The position numbers and the translations under genes were made by a program. Below are positions 30,689-40,846 of a stretch of 64,000 nt of DNA, piece by piece. The notes beneath the pieces are model-generated. The model did not search any database and was not told where the DNA came from. It worked only from the letters and a program-made list of their open reading frames with translations. Within the stretch, counting starts at the first letter, position 1; each line of letters starts with the position of its first letter. Source of the stretch: an uncultured Eubacteriales bacterium (GTDB lineage Bacteria; Bacillota; Clostridia; Oscillospirales; CAG-272); NCBI GenBank assembly GCA_949299535.1, contig CASGAQ010000005.1:20424-84423 (forward strand), given 5' to 3'.

Positions 30689-31675
30689 ATGAAAGCAAAA
30701 AGAATAATATCCGCATTGCTCGCGGCAGTCGTTGTATGCTTTGCGCTCGTTTCCTGCGGAGGCAAAGAAGACATTGATACAGTCTCCGTCGGAGTAATAA
30801 GCGGGCCGACGGGCGTGGGCGCAGTCAGTCTTATGGAAAGCTCGGCAAACGGCGAAACCGAGGGCAAATACGATTTTACGCTTGCGGCAAATCAGGAGGA
30901 CGCAAAAGCAAAATTTCTAAACGGAGAACTCGATATAGTAGCCATGCCGACAAATCTTGCCGCCTCCCTTTATGCAAAGGGCGAGGATATAGTAGTCCTC
31001 ACCGTAAATACATACGGCGTTCTCTATATCCTTGACGCCACAGGCGAAATAAAAGATATCTCCGACCTTTCCGGAAAGACGGTATATTCCACGGGACAAG
31101 GCTCCAACCCCGAATACATACTCAAATATGTGCTGAGTCAAAACAATGTTGAAAACGTGACCATAGAGTTTATGGACGACGCTTCCGCCATATCCGCTTC
31201 AATGGTAAGCGGCAGTATTAAGATAGCCATGCTTCCTCAGCCTGTGGCAACATCGACGGTCATTCAGGCAAAGCAGGCAGGTCTGACGATAAACACGGCA
31301 CTTGATATGACTCAAGAATGGAATAAAATATCATCTGACAGCGCTCTTATGATGGGCTGCATGGTGACATCAAAAGAATTTATAAAATCCCATAAAGAAG
31401 AAGTCGAACTTTTTCTGAAGGAATACGGCGCTTCCATAAACGCGGTCATTTCCGATACCGAAACAGCAGCTTCTCTCTGCGAAAAGCACGGAATAATCCC
31501 GAAAGCCGCTGTTGCCAAGCAGGCGATACCAAAATGCAACGTATGCTCTGTTACCGGCGAAGAAATGAAGACAAAACTTTCAGGTTATCTTTCCGTACTC
31601 TATGAGGCGAACGCAAAATCTATAGGCGGAGCGATGCCGTCCGACGATTTTTACTACACAGATTATGAAGGATAA
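30689..31675 (+). CDS. ABC transporter substrate-binding lipoprotein (NitT/TauT type)
   Basis: Lipobox LVSC; GPTG, PTNLAASLY, LPQP motifs; ATG after AAGGAG. Confidence 0.88.
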   Translation: MKAKRIISALLAAVVVCFALVSCGGKEDIDTVSVGVISGPTGVGAVSLMESSANGETEGKYDFTLAANQEDAKAKFLNGELDIVAMPTNLAASLYAKGEDIVVLTVNTYGVLYILDATGEIKDISDLSGKTVYSTGQGSNPEYILKYVLSQNNVENVTIEFMDDASAISASMVSGSIKIAMLPQPVATSTVIQAKQAGLTINTALDMTQEWNKISSDSALMMGCMVTSKEFIKSHKEEVELFLKEYGASINAVISDTETAASLCEKHGIIPKAAVAKQAIPKCNVCSVTGEEMKTKLSGYLSVLYEANAKSIGGAMPSDDFYYTDYEG

Positions 31676-32417
31676 GCTCATAAAAATATCAAAGTACATT
31701 CTACTTGCCGTCTTTTGGTTGTCGGTGTGGCATATAATAAGCAGTGTCGTGGCGCGAGAGATACTTGTTCCCTCACCCTCTCGCACAGCGGAAGCGCTTT
31801 TATCGCTTGCCGAAACAAGTAAGTTTTGGAAAGCCGTCGGAGCTTCGCTTCTTAGGATATGCGCGGGATTTTTGATGGCAATAGCGGCAGGAAGCGCAGG
31901 CGCCGTTCTTTCGTACAGATTCAAATTTTTTCAGTTTGTTACATCACCTGTACTGACTCTGGTAAGAACGATACCGGTAGCTTCTTTTATAATCCTTGCG
32001 CTTGTATGGATACAAACGAATTTTCTGCCTGTTTTCATCTCATTTTTCACCGTCACGCCTATAATATGGGACACGTTGCTCTCCGGAATGAAAAATACGG
32101 ACCCATATGCTCTGGAAGCCTCGTCTGTTGACGGAGCCGGCAAATGGTCGCAGATATTTTTTATCATAATACCGGGACTTTACCGTTCCTTCCTTTCGGC
32201 TTTTGTGACGGGACTTGGTTTCGCTTGGAAATCAGGCATTGCCGCGGAGATAATCTGCCGCCCGAAGACTTCTCTCGGCACAATGATCCAGGATGCAAAA
32301 ACATATCTTGAATCCCCGGAGCTTTTCGCGCTCACAGGCACTGTCATACTGTTAAGTCTTGTAATAGAACGCCTAATCAAATATGTATGTATGCGACTTG
32401 CCGCCAAAGACGCTTAA
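31665..32417 (+). CDS. ABC transporter permease (NitT/TauT type)
   Basis: PSP, PVASFI, EAA-like loop, WKSGIAAE. Confidence 0.9.
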   Translation: MKDKLIKISKYILLAVFWLSVWHIISSVVAREILVPSPSRTAEALLSLAETSKFWKAVGASLLRICAGFLMAIAAGSAGAVLSYRFKFFQFVTSPVLTLVRTIPVASFIILALVWIQTNFLPVFISFFTVTPIIWDTLLSGMKNTDPYALEASSVDGAGKWSQIFFIIIPGLYRSFLSAFVTGLGFAWKSGIAAEIICRPKTSLGTMIQDAKTYLESPELFALTGTVILLSLVIERLIKYVCMRLAAKDA

Positions 32418-32455
32418 AGTTTCTTTAAAGAATAAAAAAACATCTCATAACAGCA

Positions 32456-32492
32456 AAAGAACTCCGTATTATTTGTTCATACGGAGTTCTTT
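32456..32492. terminator. Bidirectional terminator
   Basis: AAAAGAACTCCGTAT/ATACGGAGTTCTTTT. Confidence 0.8.
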
Positions 32493-32512
32493 TGAATTAT
32501 TTGCAAGAATGA

Positions 32513-33331
32513 TCAAAGTTCGACCGTCTGCGAAGCGCCGATCTTTATATTCTCGTCGCCGCAAGAAACCCAAACATCGGTATCGGTCGGATTATAGAGG
32601 ATCTTACCGTTTGCAGACATACGAACGGACTTCATCGCATTGACATAGTCGTATATTTCCCCGTTCGTTGCAAACCAAACATCATGCTCAAGAGCCGAGA
32701 GCGTCTTGAGCGTTTCCTCAAATTCCTCCCATTTTACGGGCATATTGGCATTGTCAAATTCATAGCTGTGGCCCCAGATATAAAGAAGTGCGCCGGCACG
32801 CCACGGAGCCTTCTCAACATTGTACACAAAACGTCTTACAACCTCTGCCGATTCGTTGTGATGAGTCGTGGGATTCCATCTTGTAAAATCAGTCGGAAGC
32901 GCAAAGCCGTTTATCTGTGAAGCCGTCGTTCTGCCGTATACAAGTCCCGCAGTCTTCATAGCGGTAAGTGTATCATCGGAAAAAGTGCCGAACGGATATG
33001 CGAATCCCCGAATTATCTGTCCCCATGCAGGTTCCATTATCTCTCTGTCCTTTATCATCTCATCATACTGCTCTTTTATAGCCATTTTTTCAAGATGAGG
33101 GTGAGAAAATGTATGCGCCGCTATCTCATGTCCCGCATATACTTCTTTTAGATTGCCGAGGTTTATGGGACTGTTCGGGTCGCTCAAGACCTTTGACATA
33201 AGGTTGAATGTGCATTTCATACCGTATTTGCGGAATAGTTCCGCCAGACGTATATCCTGTGCACCGCCGTCGTCATAACTGAAAGTGCAGGCATATCTTT
33301 TGCCGTTCTGAAATCGGTCGAACAATATCAT
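32513..33331 (-). CDS. Polysaccharide deacetylase (CE4/NodB) family protein
   Basis: TFSYDDG, HEIAAHTFSHP, AYPFG, WGHSYE. Confidence 0.92.
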   Translation of the reverse strand: MILFDRFQNGKRYACTFSYDDGGAQDIRLAELFRKYGMKCTFNLMSKVLSDPNSPINLGNLKEVYAGHEIAAHTFSHPHLEKMAIKEQYDEMIKDREIMEPAWGQIIRGFAYPFGTFSDDTLTAMKTAGLVYGRTTASQINGFALPTDFTRWNPTTHHNESAEVVRRFVYNVEKAPWRAGALLYIWGHSYEFDNANMPVKWEEFEETLKTLSALEHDVWFATNGEIYDYVNAMKSVRMSANGKILYNPTDTDVWVSCGDENIKIGASQTVEL

Positions 33332-33531
33332 AGATAAAATCTCCTTTGTTGTTTTTTTGATTACAAATACATTCTAACACAAATGCGGCGATTTGCAATA
33401 AAAACTTGAAAAAATCGCTTTACAAATAATGATTTTTATATTATTATATTTTTATATTCCAGTTAAAATAAACGGTCAGGCAACGTTCCAAAAAGCGTAG
33501 ACCAAAATTCATATTTTCGGAGGTCAATGAC

Positions 33532-34548
33532 ATGAAAATATTACTCACAGGCGGCGCGGGATACATCGGCTCACACACGGCGGTAGAGCTTATAAACGCC
33601 GGATTCGATATCGTGATATGCGATAACTTTTCAAACAGCAAACCCGAAGCCATCAAAAGAATAAAGAAGATAACGGGAAAGGAATTCCCCTTCTACGAAA
33701 TAGACGTGGCAGACAAAGAAAAACTCGAAAAAGTATTCGCAGAAGAGGAAATCAGCACCGTCATCCATTTTGCCGGATATAAGGCAGTAGGCGAATCCGT
33801 AGAAAAACCCGTCGAATATTACAGAAACAATATCGACTCGACTCTCTCGCTTCTCGAAACGATGAAAAAATACGGCGTCAAGAATTTCATATTCAGTTCC
33901 TCTGCAACGGTCTACGGCGCACCGGACGAAGTTCCGATAAAAGAAACAGCCGCAGTGGGCAGATGTACTAACCCTTACGGCTGGACAAAATACATGATAG
34001 AGCGAATACTTGAAAGTGTTTGCATATCAGACAAAACGTTTTCCGTGGTTCTTCTCCGCTACTTTAACCCCGTCGGCGCTCATGAATCCGGACTTATCGG
34101 CGAGGATCCCAAGGGTATCCCCAACAACCTCATGCCCTATATCTCTCAGGTCGCTGTCGGCAAACTCAAGGAAGTCGGCGTATTCGGCAACGACTATCCC
34201 ACGAAAGACGGCACGGGCGTGCGCGACTATATCCATGTAGTTGATCTTGCAAAAGGTCATGTAGCCGCTGTTAAATACATCGAAAAGAACGACGGTCTTG
34301 AAGTATTCAATCTCGGCACAAGCGTAGGATACAGCGTTCTCGATATGATCCACGCTTTCGAAGAAGCAAACTCCATAAAGATCCCATTCCGCATAAAAGA
34401 ACGCCGTCCCGGCGATATCGCAGAATGCTTCGCAGACGCCTCAAAAGCAAAGGAAAAACTCGGTTGGCAGGCTGAACTCGGCGTTGTGGATATGTGCCGT
34501 GACACATGGAAATGGCAGAAAAACAATCCGAACGGTTACTCCGACTGA
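33532..34548 (+). CDS. galE: UDP-glucose 4-epimerase
   Basis: GGAGYIGSH, YGWTK, LRYFNPVGAH, RDYIHV. Confidence 0.97.
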   Translation: MKILLTGGAGYIGSHTAVELINAGFDIVICDNFSNSKPEAIKRIKKITGKEFPFYEIDVADKEKLEKVFAEEEISTVIHFAGYKAVGESVEKPVEYYRNNIDSTLSLLETMKKYGVKNFIFSSSATVYGAPDEVPIKETAAVGRCTNPYGWTKYMIERILESVCISDKTFSVVLLRYFNPVGAHESGLIGEDPKGIPNNLMPYISQVAVGKLKEVGVFGNDYPTKDGTGVRDYIHVVDLAKGHVAAVKYIEKNDGLEVFNLGTSVGYSVLDMIHAFEEANSIKIPFRIKERRPGDIAECFADASKAKEKLGWQAELGVVDMCRDTWKWQKNNPNGYSD

Positions 34549-34559
34549 AAATAAAGCGC

Positions 34560-34592
34560 AAAAAAACAGGCATTTACAATGCCTGTTTTTTT
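34560..34592. terminator. Bidirectional terminator
   Basis: AAAAAACAGGCATT/AATGCCTGTTTTTT. Confidence 0.85.
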
Positions 34593-34624
34593 GTTTTATA
34601 AGCAGAGCGATATGATTTCATTTC

Positions 34625-35563
34625 TCAGTTGAGCGCCGCTTTGAGAACTTCAACATTTTTCTTCATAAGATCGATATACCCCACTCCTGCTTCAAAATCG
34701 TCTTTGGAAACGTTATGGCAGGCATGAAAACACATCTTTTTCGCGCCGGTAGCCTCGCAAATAGTATCGGCTATCTTGCCATCGGAAAGTTCAAGATAAA
34801 ATACGACGGGAATCTTATCTTCTTTGACCTTGTTGATAAGGCTTGCAACCGTCGCACCGCTTGGCTCAGTTTCGCTTGAGCAGCCCGGGAACGCGGAATG
34901 ATATTCAAGTCCATATGCTTTGGCAAAATATATCAGCGGGAAACGATCGCCGAACACTATCTCATTCCGCTTTCCGTTCGCAACTGTCTGTTTGAAAGCT
35001 TCGTCAAGCGAACTGAGTTCCGCATTATATGAAGCGAGATTGGCTTTGTATGTTTCTTCATTTTCGCTGTCTACCTTGCAGAGCGCGTCGGCTATCTTTT
35101 CGCATATCAGCATTGCATTTCGCGGATTTGTCCATACATGTTCATCGTATTCTCCGGCGTGCTCATGGTCATGGTCGTGACCTTCTTCCATATAAAGCTC
35201 CTCGGTACAATCGATAAGCTTTATGACTATCATATCGGGATTGTCCGCGGAATCGAGTATCTCCTCCGCCCATACGTCGGATTCTCCGCCTACATATATG
35301 AAAATATCGCATTTGTTCACCGCGAGCATATCTTTCGGCGTCGGGTCATATGAATGGCTGTCCGCTCCGGGAGAAATCAGCATATCCACGTCGGCGTTGT
35401 CTGCCGCGATGTTCCGCGCAAAATCGTACGAGGGAAATATGGTGGATACTATTTTTATATCCTTTTCCCCGCTGTCTCCGCCGCAGGAACATAGCGGCAC
35501 GGCGCACAGCAATATCATTGCCGCGGATAATATCTTTGCAATAATTCCGGTATTTTTTTTCAT
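34625..35563 (-). CDS. Zn/Mn ABC transporter substrate-binding lipoprotein (ZnuA/AdcA type)
   Basis: Lipobox LCSC; DSHSYDP, His-rich loop, DEHVW. Confidence 0.92.
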   Translation of the reverse strand: MKKNTGIIAKILSAAMILLCAVPLCSCGGDSGEKDIKIVSTIFPSYDFARNIAADNADVDMLISPGADSHSYDPTPKDMLAVNKCDIFIYVGGESDVWAEEILDSADNPDMIVIKLIDCTEELYMEEGHDHDHEHAGEYDEHVWTNPRNAMLICEKIADALCKVDSENEETYKANLASYNAELSSLDEAFKQTVANGKRNEIVFGDRFPLIYFAKAYGLEYHSAFPGCSSETEPSGATVASLINKVKEDKIPVVFYLELSDGKIADTICEATGAKKMCFHACHNVSKDDFEAGVGYIDLMKKNVEVLKAALN

Positions 35564-35788
35564 AGTAATACATATCACTTTCGTTTTTTATTTGTCACTT
35601 TTAATATAATAACATATTTTGCGGCTTTTTCAATAAAGATAATAAAAATAAAATTTCCAAGCGCGCATTTTATCGAAAAAAAGCGGTTTACTTTTTTGCT
35701 TCTATGTGATATACTGATTTTGATATTGAATACAATAAATATTGAACAAAAACATTAAATCAACTATTAACGCGGAGGTTCTAAAAAT

Positions 35789-36058
35789 ATGAAAGCAGTT
35801 ATTTCCGTAACAGGCAAAGACGGTGTCGGCATCGTTGCAAAAGTAAGCGCAAAATGCGCGCAGTACGGAGCAAATATCGTTGATATTTCCCAGACTGTTC
35901 TCGACGGATATTTTGTAATGATAATGATAACCGATGTGAGCGCACTCAGCGTTCAGTTCGGCGACTTTGTAGACGCAATGGCAAACTTCGGCAAAGAAAG
36001 CGGACTTCAGGTAAGCACGATGCACGAAGATATCTTCAACTCCATGCATAAAATCTGA
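35789..36058 (+). CDS. ACT domain protein (UPF0237)
   Basis: VTGKDGVGI, NIVDISQT, HEDIFNSMHKI. Confidence 0.92.
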   Translation: MKAVISVTGKDGVGIVAKVSAKCAQYGANIVDISQTVLDGYFVMIMITDVSALSVQFGDFVDAMANFGKESGLQVSTMHEDIFNSMHKI

Positions 36059-36076
36059 TTGAACCGAGGTAACATA

Positions 36077-37441
36077 ATGTCTATTTTAACCACAAACGAT
36101 ATACGCGAAACGATCAACATGATCCAAAACGAAAATCTTGACGTTCGTACCATAACGATGGGCATCTCGCTCTACGACTGCGTTTCCGACGATATCGACA
36201 GACTTTGCGACAACATCTACGACAAGATAACTCACAAAGCTGAAAATCTCGTCAAAACAGGCGAAAGCATAAGCAAAAAATACGGTATCCCGATAGTAAA
36301 CAAGCGCGTTTCCGTAACGCCTATCGCTCTTATAGGCGGCAAAGCCGACAGCGACGGCTATGTAAAGATAGCAAAAACTCTTGACAGAGCCGCAAAAACA
36401 CTCGGCATAAACTTTATAGGCGGTTTTTCCGCACTCGTCCAGAAAGGTATGTCCAACGGCAGCGAACAGCTTATAAAAGCTATCCCCCAGGCTCTCACAG
36501 AAACAGATTTTCTCTGCTCATCTCTCAATGTAGCTTCCACAAAAGCAGGTATCAACATGGACGCTATATATATGGCAGGTAAAGCCATTAAGGAGATGGC
36601 TTACCTGACCAAGGACAAAAACTCCATCGGCTGTGCGAAATTTGTCGTATTTGCAAACGCGCCAGAAGATAACCCGTTCATGGCAGGCGCGTTCCACGGC
36701 ATAGGCGAACCCGAATGTGTCATCAACGTCGGCGTTTCCGGTCCCGGAGTCGTTGCCGCCGCCATCAAGCGCGCAGGAAACTGCGATTTCGGTACACTTG
36801 CCGACATCATCAAGAAAACAGCATATAAGATAACAAGCGTAGGTCAGCTCGTAGCAACAGACGCGGCTAAAGCGCTCAACACGCCTTTCGGTATCGTCGA
36901 CCTCTCTCTTGCTCCCACTCCCGCCATCGGCGACTCTGTTGCACGCATACTTGAGAATATGGGGCTTGAGCGCTGCGGCACTCACGGCACGACAGCAGCT
37001 TTGGCAATGCTCAACGACGCTGTCAAAAAAGGCGGCGTAATGGCAAGCTCCTCCGTCGGCGGACTTTCCGGTGCTTTCATACCGGTATCCGAAGACGAAG
37101 GTATGATCGAAGCTGCCGAATGCGGCGCTCTCACGCTCACCAAACTCGAAGCTATGACAGCTGTATGCTCGGTAGGACTTGATATGATAGCGATTCCCGG
37201 CGATACGCCGACAGAAACGATATGCGGTATCATCGCAGACGAAATAGCAATAGGCGTTGTAAACACAAAAACAACTGCGGCTCGTCTTATACCCGCATAC
37301 GGCAAAAAGGTCGGAGACAGCATAGACTTCGGCGGACTTCTCGGCACGGCTCCCATCATGGACATAAGCAAATACTCATGCAAAGATTTCATTCTTCGCG
37401 GCGGTCATATTCCCGCGCCCATGCACAGTCTTAAAAACTAA
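36077..37441 (+). CDS. UPF0210/DUF711 PFL-like family protein
   Basis: [31 protein letters not shown]; typical ACT-UPF0210 pair. Confidence 0.94.
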   Translation: MSILTTNDIRETINMIQNENLDVRTITMGISLYDCVSDDIDRLCDNIYDKITHKAENLVKTGESISKKYGIPIVNKRVSVTPIALIGGKADSDGYVKIAKTLDRAAKTLGINFIGGFSALVQKGMSNGSEQLIKAIPQALTETDFLCSSLNVASTKAGINMDAIYMAGKAIKEMAYLTKDKNSIGCAKFVVFANAPEDNPFMAGAFHGIGEPECVINVGVSGPGVVAAAIKRAGNCDFGTLADIIKKTAYKITSVGQLVATDAAKALNTPFGIVDLSLAPTPAIGDSVARILENMGLERCGTHGTTAALAMLNDAVKKGGVMASSSVGGLSGAFIPVSEDEGMIEAAECGALTLTKLEAMTAVCSVGLDMIAIPGDTPTETICGIIADEIAIGVVNTKTTAARLIPAYGKKVGDSIDFGGLLGTAPIMDISKYSCKDFILRGGHIPAPMHSLKN

Positions 37442-37462
37442 CATACAAAATCAAGAGGAAAA

Positions 37463-38503
37463 ATGAGCAACAATAACAAAGACAATCTTGGCAAAGACGT
37501 CGAAGACAGATTCGCCACTCTCGACATCGACGGCATAAACGATATTTATTATCAGCAAAATGAACCGTCGAAAAAGAAGCCTGAAAAGAAGCCTGAAAAG
37601 AAGCCTAAAAAGTTCCCCGGCAGCAATCCTGATTTTATAAAGATCTTGGTACTCGTCCTTACGGTGATCGTCGTCATAATGGCTATATATACCGCAATTG
37701 TCGGCATTTTAGGTTCCGGTTTCGAACGGCAGACGACCGGTTCTTCCTCTGTCTTGACCGGAGTTACGGTAACGAGCACAACCATAACAGCTGAGTCGAT
37801 AGTTAATGTTAGCTCACAAACAACGAAATTGCCGGAGATAACGACAGATAGAACGACAGAGATAACAACACAAGCCACAACAAGAGATCCAATCTACAAT
37901 CCTGAGTATGAAAACGCAGTCATATTCATCGATGCGGGACACGGCGGATCGGATCCCGGTTCGCTTGACTCCAGCAAAAAATATTACGAATCACATATAA
38001 ACCTCGATGTTGCGCTTTTGGTTCAGAAAGAGCTTGAAAAACGAGGTCTCACCGTCATCATGTCGCGTACCTCAGACGTAAGCGTGGAACTTGAAAGTCG
38101 CGCCGCACAGGCAAAAAAAGCAGGAGCCGATATGCTGGTATCGATCCACTGCAACTCTGCAGTGCCGGCGGCATACGGAACCAGAATATACTATACTGCC
38201 CGGAGCGTTACATATAACAAAACAAAGTTTGCCGCATATTTTGAGAAATCATTTGAAAAGATGGCAAAATCGTTCTCGGATATGAGGAAAGATGTTTTCG
38301 TACGTTCAGACGTAGAAGAGACAGGCGGAAAACTTGCCGTTCTCTGCAATACGAATATGCCGTCCGTTCTTATAGAGCTGGGCTTTATAACAAATGAAAA
38401 CGATCTTAAATTGCTGTTGAACGATAATTGGCAGCAAAGCGCTGCGAAATCTATCGCCGACGCCATAGAAAATGCTTACAACGCAGGTTTCTATGTAAAA
38501 TGA
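37463..38503 (+). CDS. Membrane-anchored N-acetylmuramoyl-L-alanine amidase (Amidase_3)
   Basis: TM, Thr-rich linker, IDAGHGG, SIHCNS, LIELGF. Confidence 0.92.
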   Translation: MSNNNKDNLGKDVEDRFATLDIDGINDIYYQQNEPSKKKPEKKPEKKPKKFPGSNPDFIKILVLVLTVIVVIMAIYTAIVGILGSGFERQTTGSSSVLTGVTVTSTTITAESIVNVSSQTTKLPEITTDRTTEITTQATTRDPIYNPEYENAVIFIDAGHGGSDPGSLDSSKKYYESHINLDVALLVQKELEKRGLTVIMSRTSDVSVELESRAAQAKKAGADMLVSIHCNSAVPAAYGTRIYYTARSVTYNKTKFAAYFEKSFEKMAKSFSDMRKDVFVRSDVEETGGKLAVLCNTNMPSVLIELGFITNENDLKLLLNDNWQQSAAKSIADAIENAYNAGFYVK

Positions 38504-38547
38504 TCCGACACTGAGCTTCGGCGTTCCATCATATACGACGTTATGAA

Positions 38548-38590
38548 AAAAGCGTATACCGCAGAGCAGAAACTGCGGTATACGCTTTAT
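38548..38590. terminator. Bidirectional terminator
   Basis: AAAGCGTATACCGCAG/CTGCGGTATACGCTTT. Confidence 0.85.
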
Positions 38591-38609
38591 TTTAAATCTA
38601 AAAGAAAAA

Positions 38610-39056
38610 TCATTTTTTTCCGGTAGAGCCGAAGCCTCCCTCTCCGCGGGCAGTATCGGAAAGAGATTGGCTTTCGGCAAAATCCGCAGTGAAATACGGT
38701 GCGAAAACCATCTGTGCGACTCTCTCTCCGTTTTCTATAACGACGTCGTCGCAGCCGTGATTGTGAAGACATACGATTATTTCTCCGCGGTAATCGGAAT
38801 CTATAACCCCTACTTTGTTCGCAGGCGCGACGCCTCTCTTGCAAGCCATACCGCTTCGTGCATAGATAAGACCGACAACGCCCTCAGGTATCTCAAGAGA
38901 CAGTCCGGTGTGAACAAACGCGCTTTCGCCGGCGGGAATCGTCATTTTCTCGCTGCAGAGCGCATAAATGTCTGCTCCTGCGGAATACTTGGAACCGTAT
39001 GTCGGCACTTTGGCATTTTCATCAAGCTTTTTAAATAAAACATTTATCTTTTTCAT
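38610..39056 (-). CDS. dut: dUTP diphosphatase
   Basis: AGADI, RSG, GVIDSDYRGEI, RGEGGFGSTG. Confidence 0.97.
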   Translation of the reverse strand: MKKINVLFKKLDENAKVPTYGSKYSAGADIYALCSEKMTIPAGESAFVHTGLSLEIPEGVVGLIYARSGMACKRGVAPANKVGVIDSDYRGEIIVCLHNHGCDDVVIENGERVAQMVFAPYFTADFAESQSLSDTARGEGGFGSTGKK

Positions 39057-39160
39057 AACTAAAACTCCGAAAAAACTTACATAATAATAAGATAATATAT
39101 TTTTAATCTTACCATGCAGACGTAAAAAAATCAACCCCGTACAACAAAAGGAGAGCCGTT

Positions 39161-40288
39161 TTGAAAAAAATCATATCTGCTATTATCTTAGCATTATTTT
39201 CGATATCATTACCCTCATTTCCGAGTGTTCATGCTTCGCAAAGCAATGAAAAATTGTATATCGCCTTCGGAGATTCCATATCGGCAGGCTACGGCATAGA
39301 GAGCAAAGAGCTGACATATCCGGCAATTATTGCAGAAAAATATGCCCTGTCGCTCAATAATCTCGCCGAAAACGGAGCCACGAGCGCCGATATGCTGATA
39401 ACCATTGCAAATACGCCGGAAATAAAAAATGCAGAACTTATAACAATATCAGTCGGTGGAAACGACCTTATCGAAAACAGAAATATTTTCCTCGCTTATT
39501 CGCTTCGTGAAAATCTATGTCAAGCAGGATTTACGCAAAAAAAAGCAGAAAGTCTTATAAAAAGCGTCGAGCTTCCGGGACTTTTCAACGGTACGAGCAT
39601 AAATTTCGACACGATAGAAGCGGACATGGAGAGAGTATTCACGAATTTGAATGAAAATCTGTCAAATTCTATAAAGCTTATAAGAAGCCTGTCCGAGAAT
39701 AGTGTAATAATACTGCAAACGCTTTACAATCCGTATCTTAACAATCCCGAATATAATATTTTCGGCTTTGACGTTGGCGTGCTCATAGATGATTATATAG
39801 ACAGCATAAACTCCGTATATTATGCTTTGCAGGCTGACGCGGACATGAATATTCTTATTGCAGACGTGGCAAGCGGCATGAACGGTAACAGCGAGTATTT
39901 CTACACCTCTTGGGATTTCCACCCGACGAAAGCAGGTCATGCTTATATCGCAAAAATAGTAGGCGACGTTTACGGACAAGCCGCTCAAACCTCCGCTTCG
40001 CCGCAGACGGAGCAGACGACCGATACTGTGCAAATTCAGACAACGGAACTGACCGGTCAAACAGAACAAACGAACAGTACAGAGCATAAGACGTCTTCGC
40101 CGCAAACCGTCATAAACTCATCAGAGGTCACACAGTATAAAGATACAACCATGACGAGCGGGCAAACGGAAGAAGAAACTCCGAATACCGAACCACGGCT
40201 TTCGCTCCCCGTAATTCTAACTTTCTCTGCGGTATCGGCTGTAATATTGTCCGTCTGCATTTTAATAGCGATAAAACGAAAAAAATAA
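39161..40288 (+). CDS. Secreted SGNH/GDSL hydrolase with C-terminal membrane anchor
   Basis: Signal peptide, GDSIS, GGND, DFHP, Thr-rich linker, C-terminal TM plus KRKK. Confidence 0.9.
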   Translation: MKKIISAIILALFSISLPSFPSVHASQSNEKLYIAFGDSISAGYGIESKELTYPAIIAEKYALSLNNLAENGATSADMLITIANTPEIKNAELITISVGGNDLIENRNIFLAYSLRENLCQAGFTQKKAESLIKSVELPGLFNGTSINFDTIEADMERVFTNLNENLSNSIKLIRSLSENSVIILQTLYNPYLNNPEYNIFGFDVGVLIDDYIDSINSVYYALQADADMNILIADVASGMNGNSEYFYTSWDFHPTKAGHAYIAKIVGDVYGQAAQTSASPQTEQTTDTVQIQTTELTGQTEQTNSTEHKTSSPQTVINSSEVTQYKDTTMTSGQTEEETPNTEPRLSLPVILTFSAVSAVILSVCILIAIKRKK

Positions 40289-40383
40289 AAGAAGAGCGCA
40301 CGCTCTGCTATGCATCTTTAGCGGAGAAAACACGAACACCACCAAGGATTTTTCTTTGGTGGTGTTTTCTATCGGTGGGAATA

Positions 40384-40528
40384 TGCGAAAGGCTCCCTCC
40401 GGGAGGGAGCTGTCGCCGCAGGCGACTGAGGGAGAGCGCGTGACAATAAAATTCGCGTAAGCTGAAAGTCACGCGGGCTCCTTCCACCACTTCGTGGTCC
40501 CCCTTCCTCCCGGAGGAAGGCTTTTGCG
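40384..40528. repeat. REP/REPIN-like inverted doublet
   Basis: GGCTCCCTCCGGGAGGGAGC..GACTGAGGGAG and inverted CTCCTTCCACC..CCTTCCTCCCGGAGGAAGGC around inner CGCGTGAC/GTCACGCG stem. Confidence 0.7.
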
Positions 40529-40846
40529 AGTCATTTCTCTGCGTATAGTGGGTTCGGGCTTCTGCCCGATATTGTCCCAGCGTGAGCGCAGGGACGGTGC
40601 GAGACGGGCGCCGCCAAATGGCGGTGGACATCCACGCGCTATGCTTGCCCCAGACGCGAGCGTCGGGAAAGCAGAAAATCTATTTATATATAGAGAGGTG
40701 AAACGATATTCTCGTTCCGCATATCCTCTTTCCAACCAAAGAGTGATTTTGGTTGGAATTGTATTTGCAAAGTCGCTGACGAGTCGCTTTACCTTTTGTC
40801 ACAAATATGCTATAATATAATCATCCAAGAGAAGGAGGACGATTGT

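Noticed and set aside
37572-37610. 12-bp tandem repeat (KKPE x3) in the amidase as a phase-variation tract
   Set aside because: In-frame unit in a low-complexity cytoplasmic tail; slippage would not switch expression.
40308-40820. ORFs 40308-40631, 40469-40735, 40494-40820
   Set aside because: Translations of GC-rich palindromic repeat DNA.
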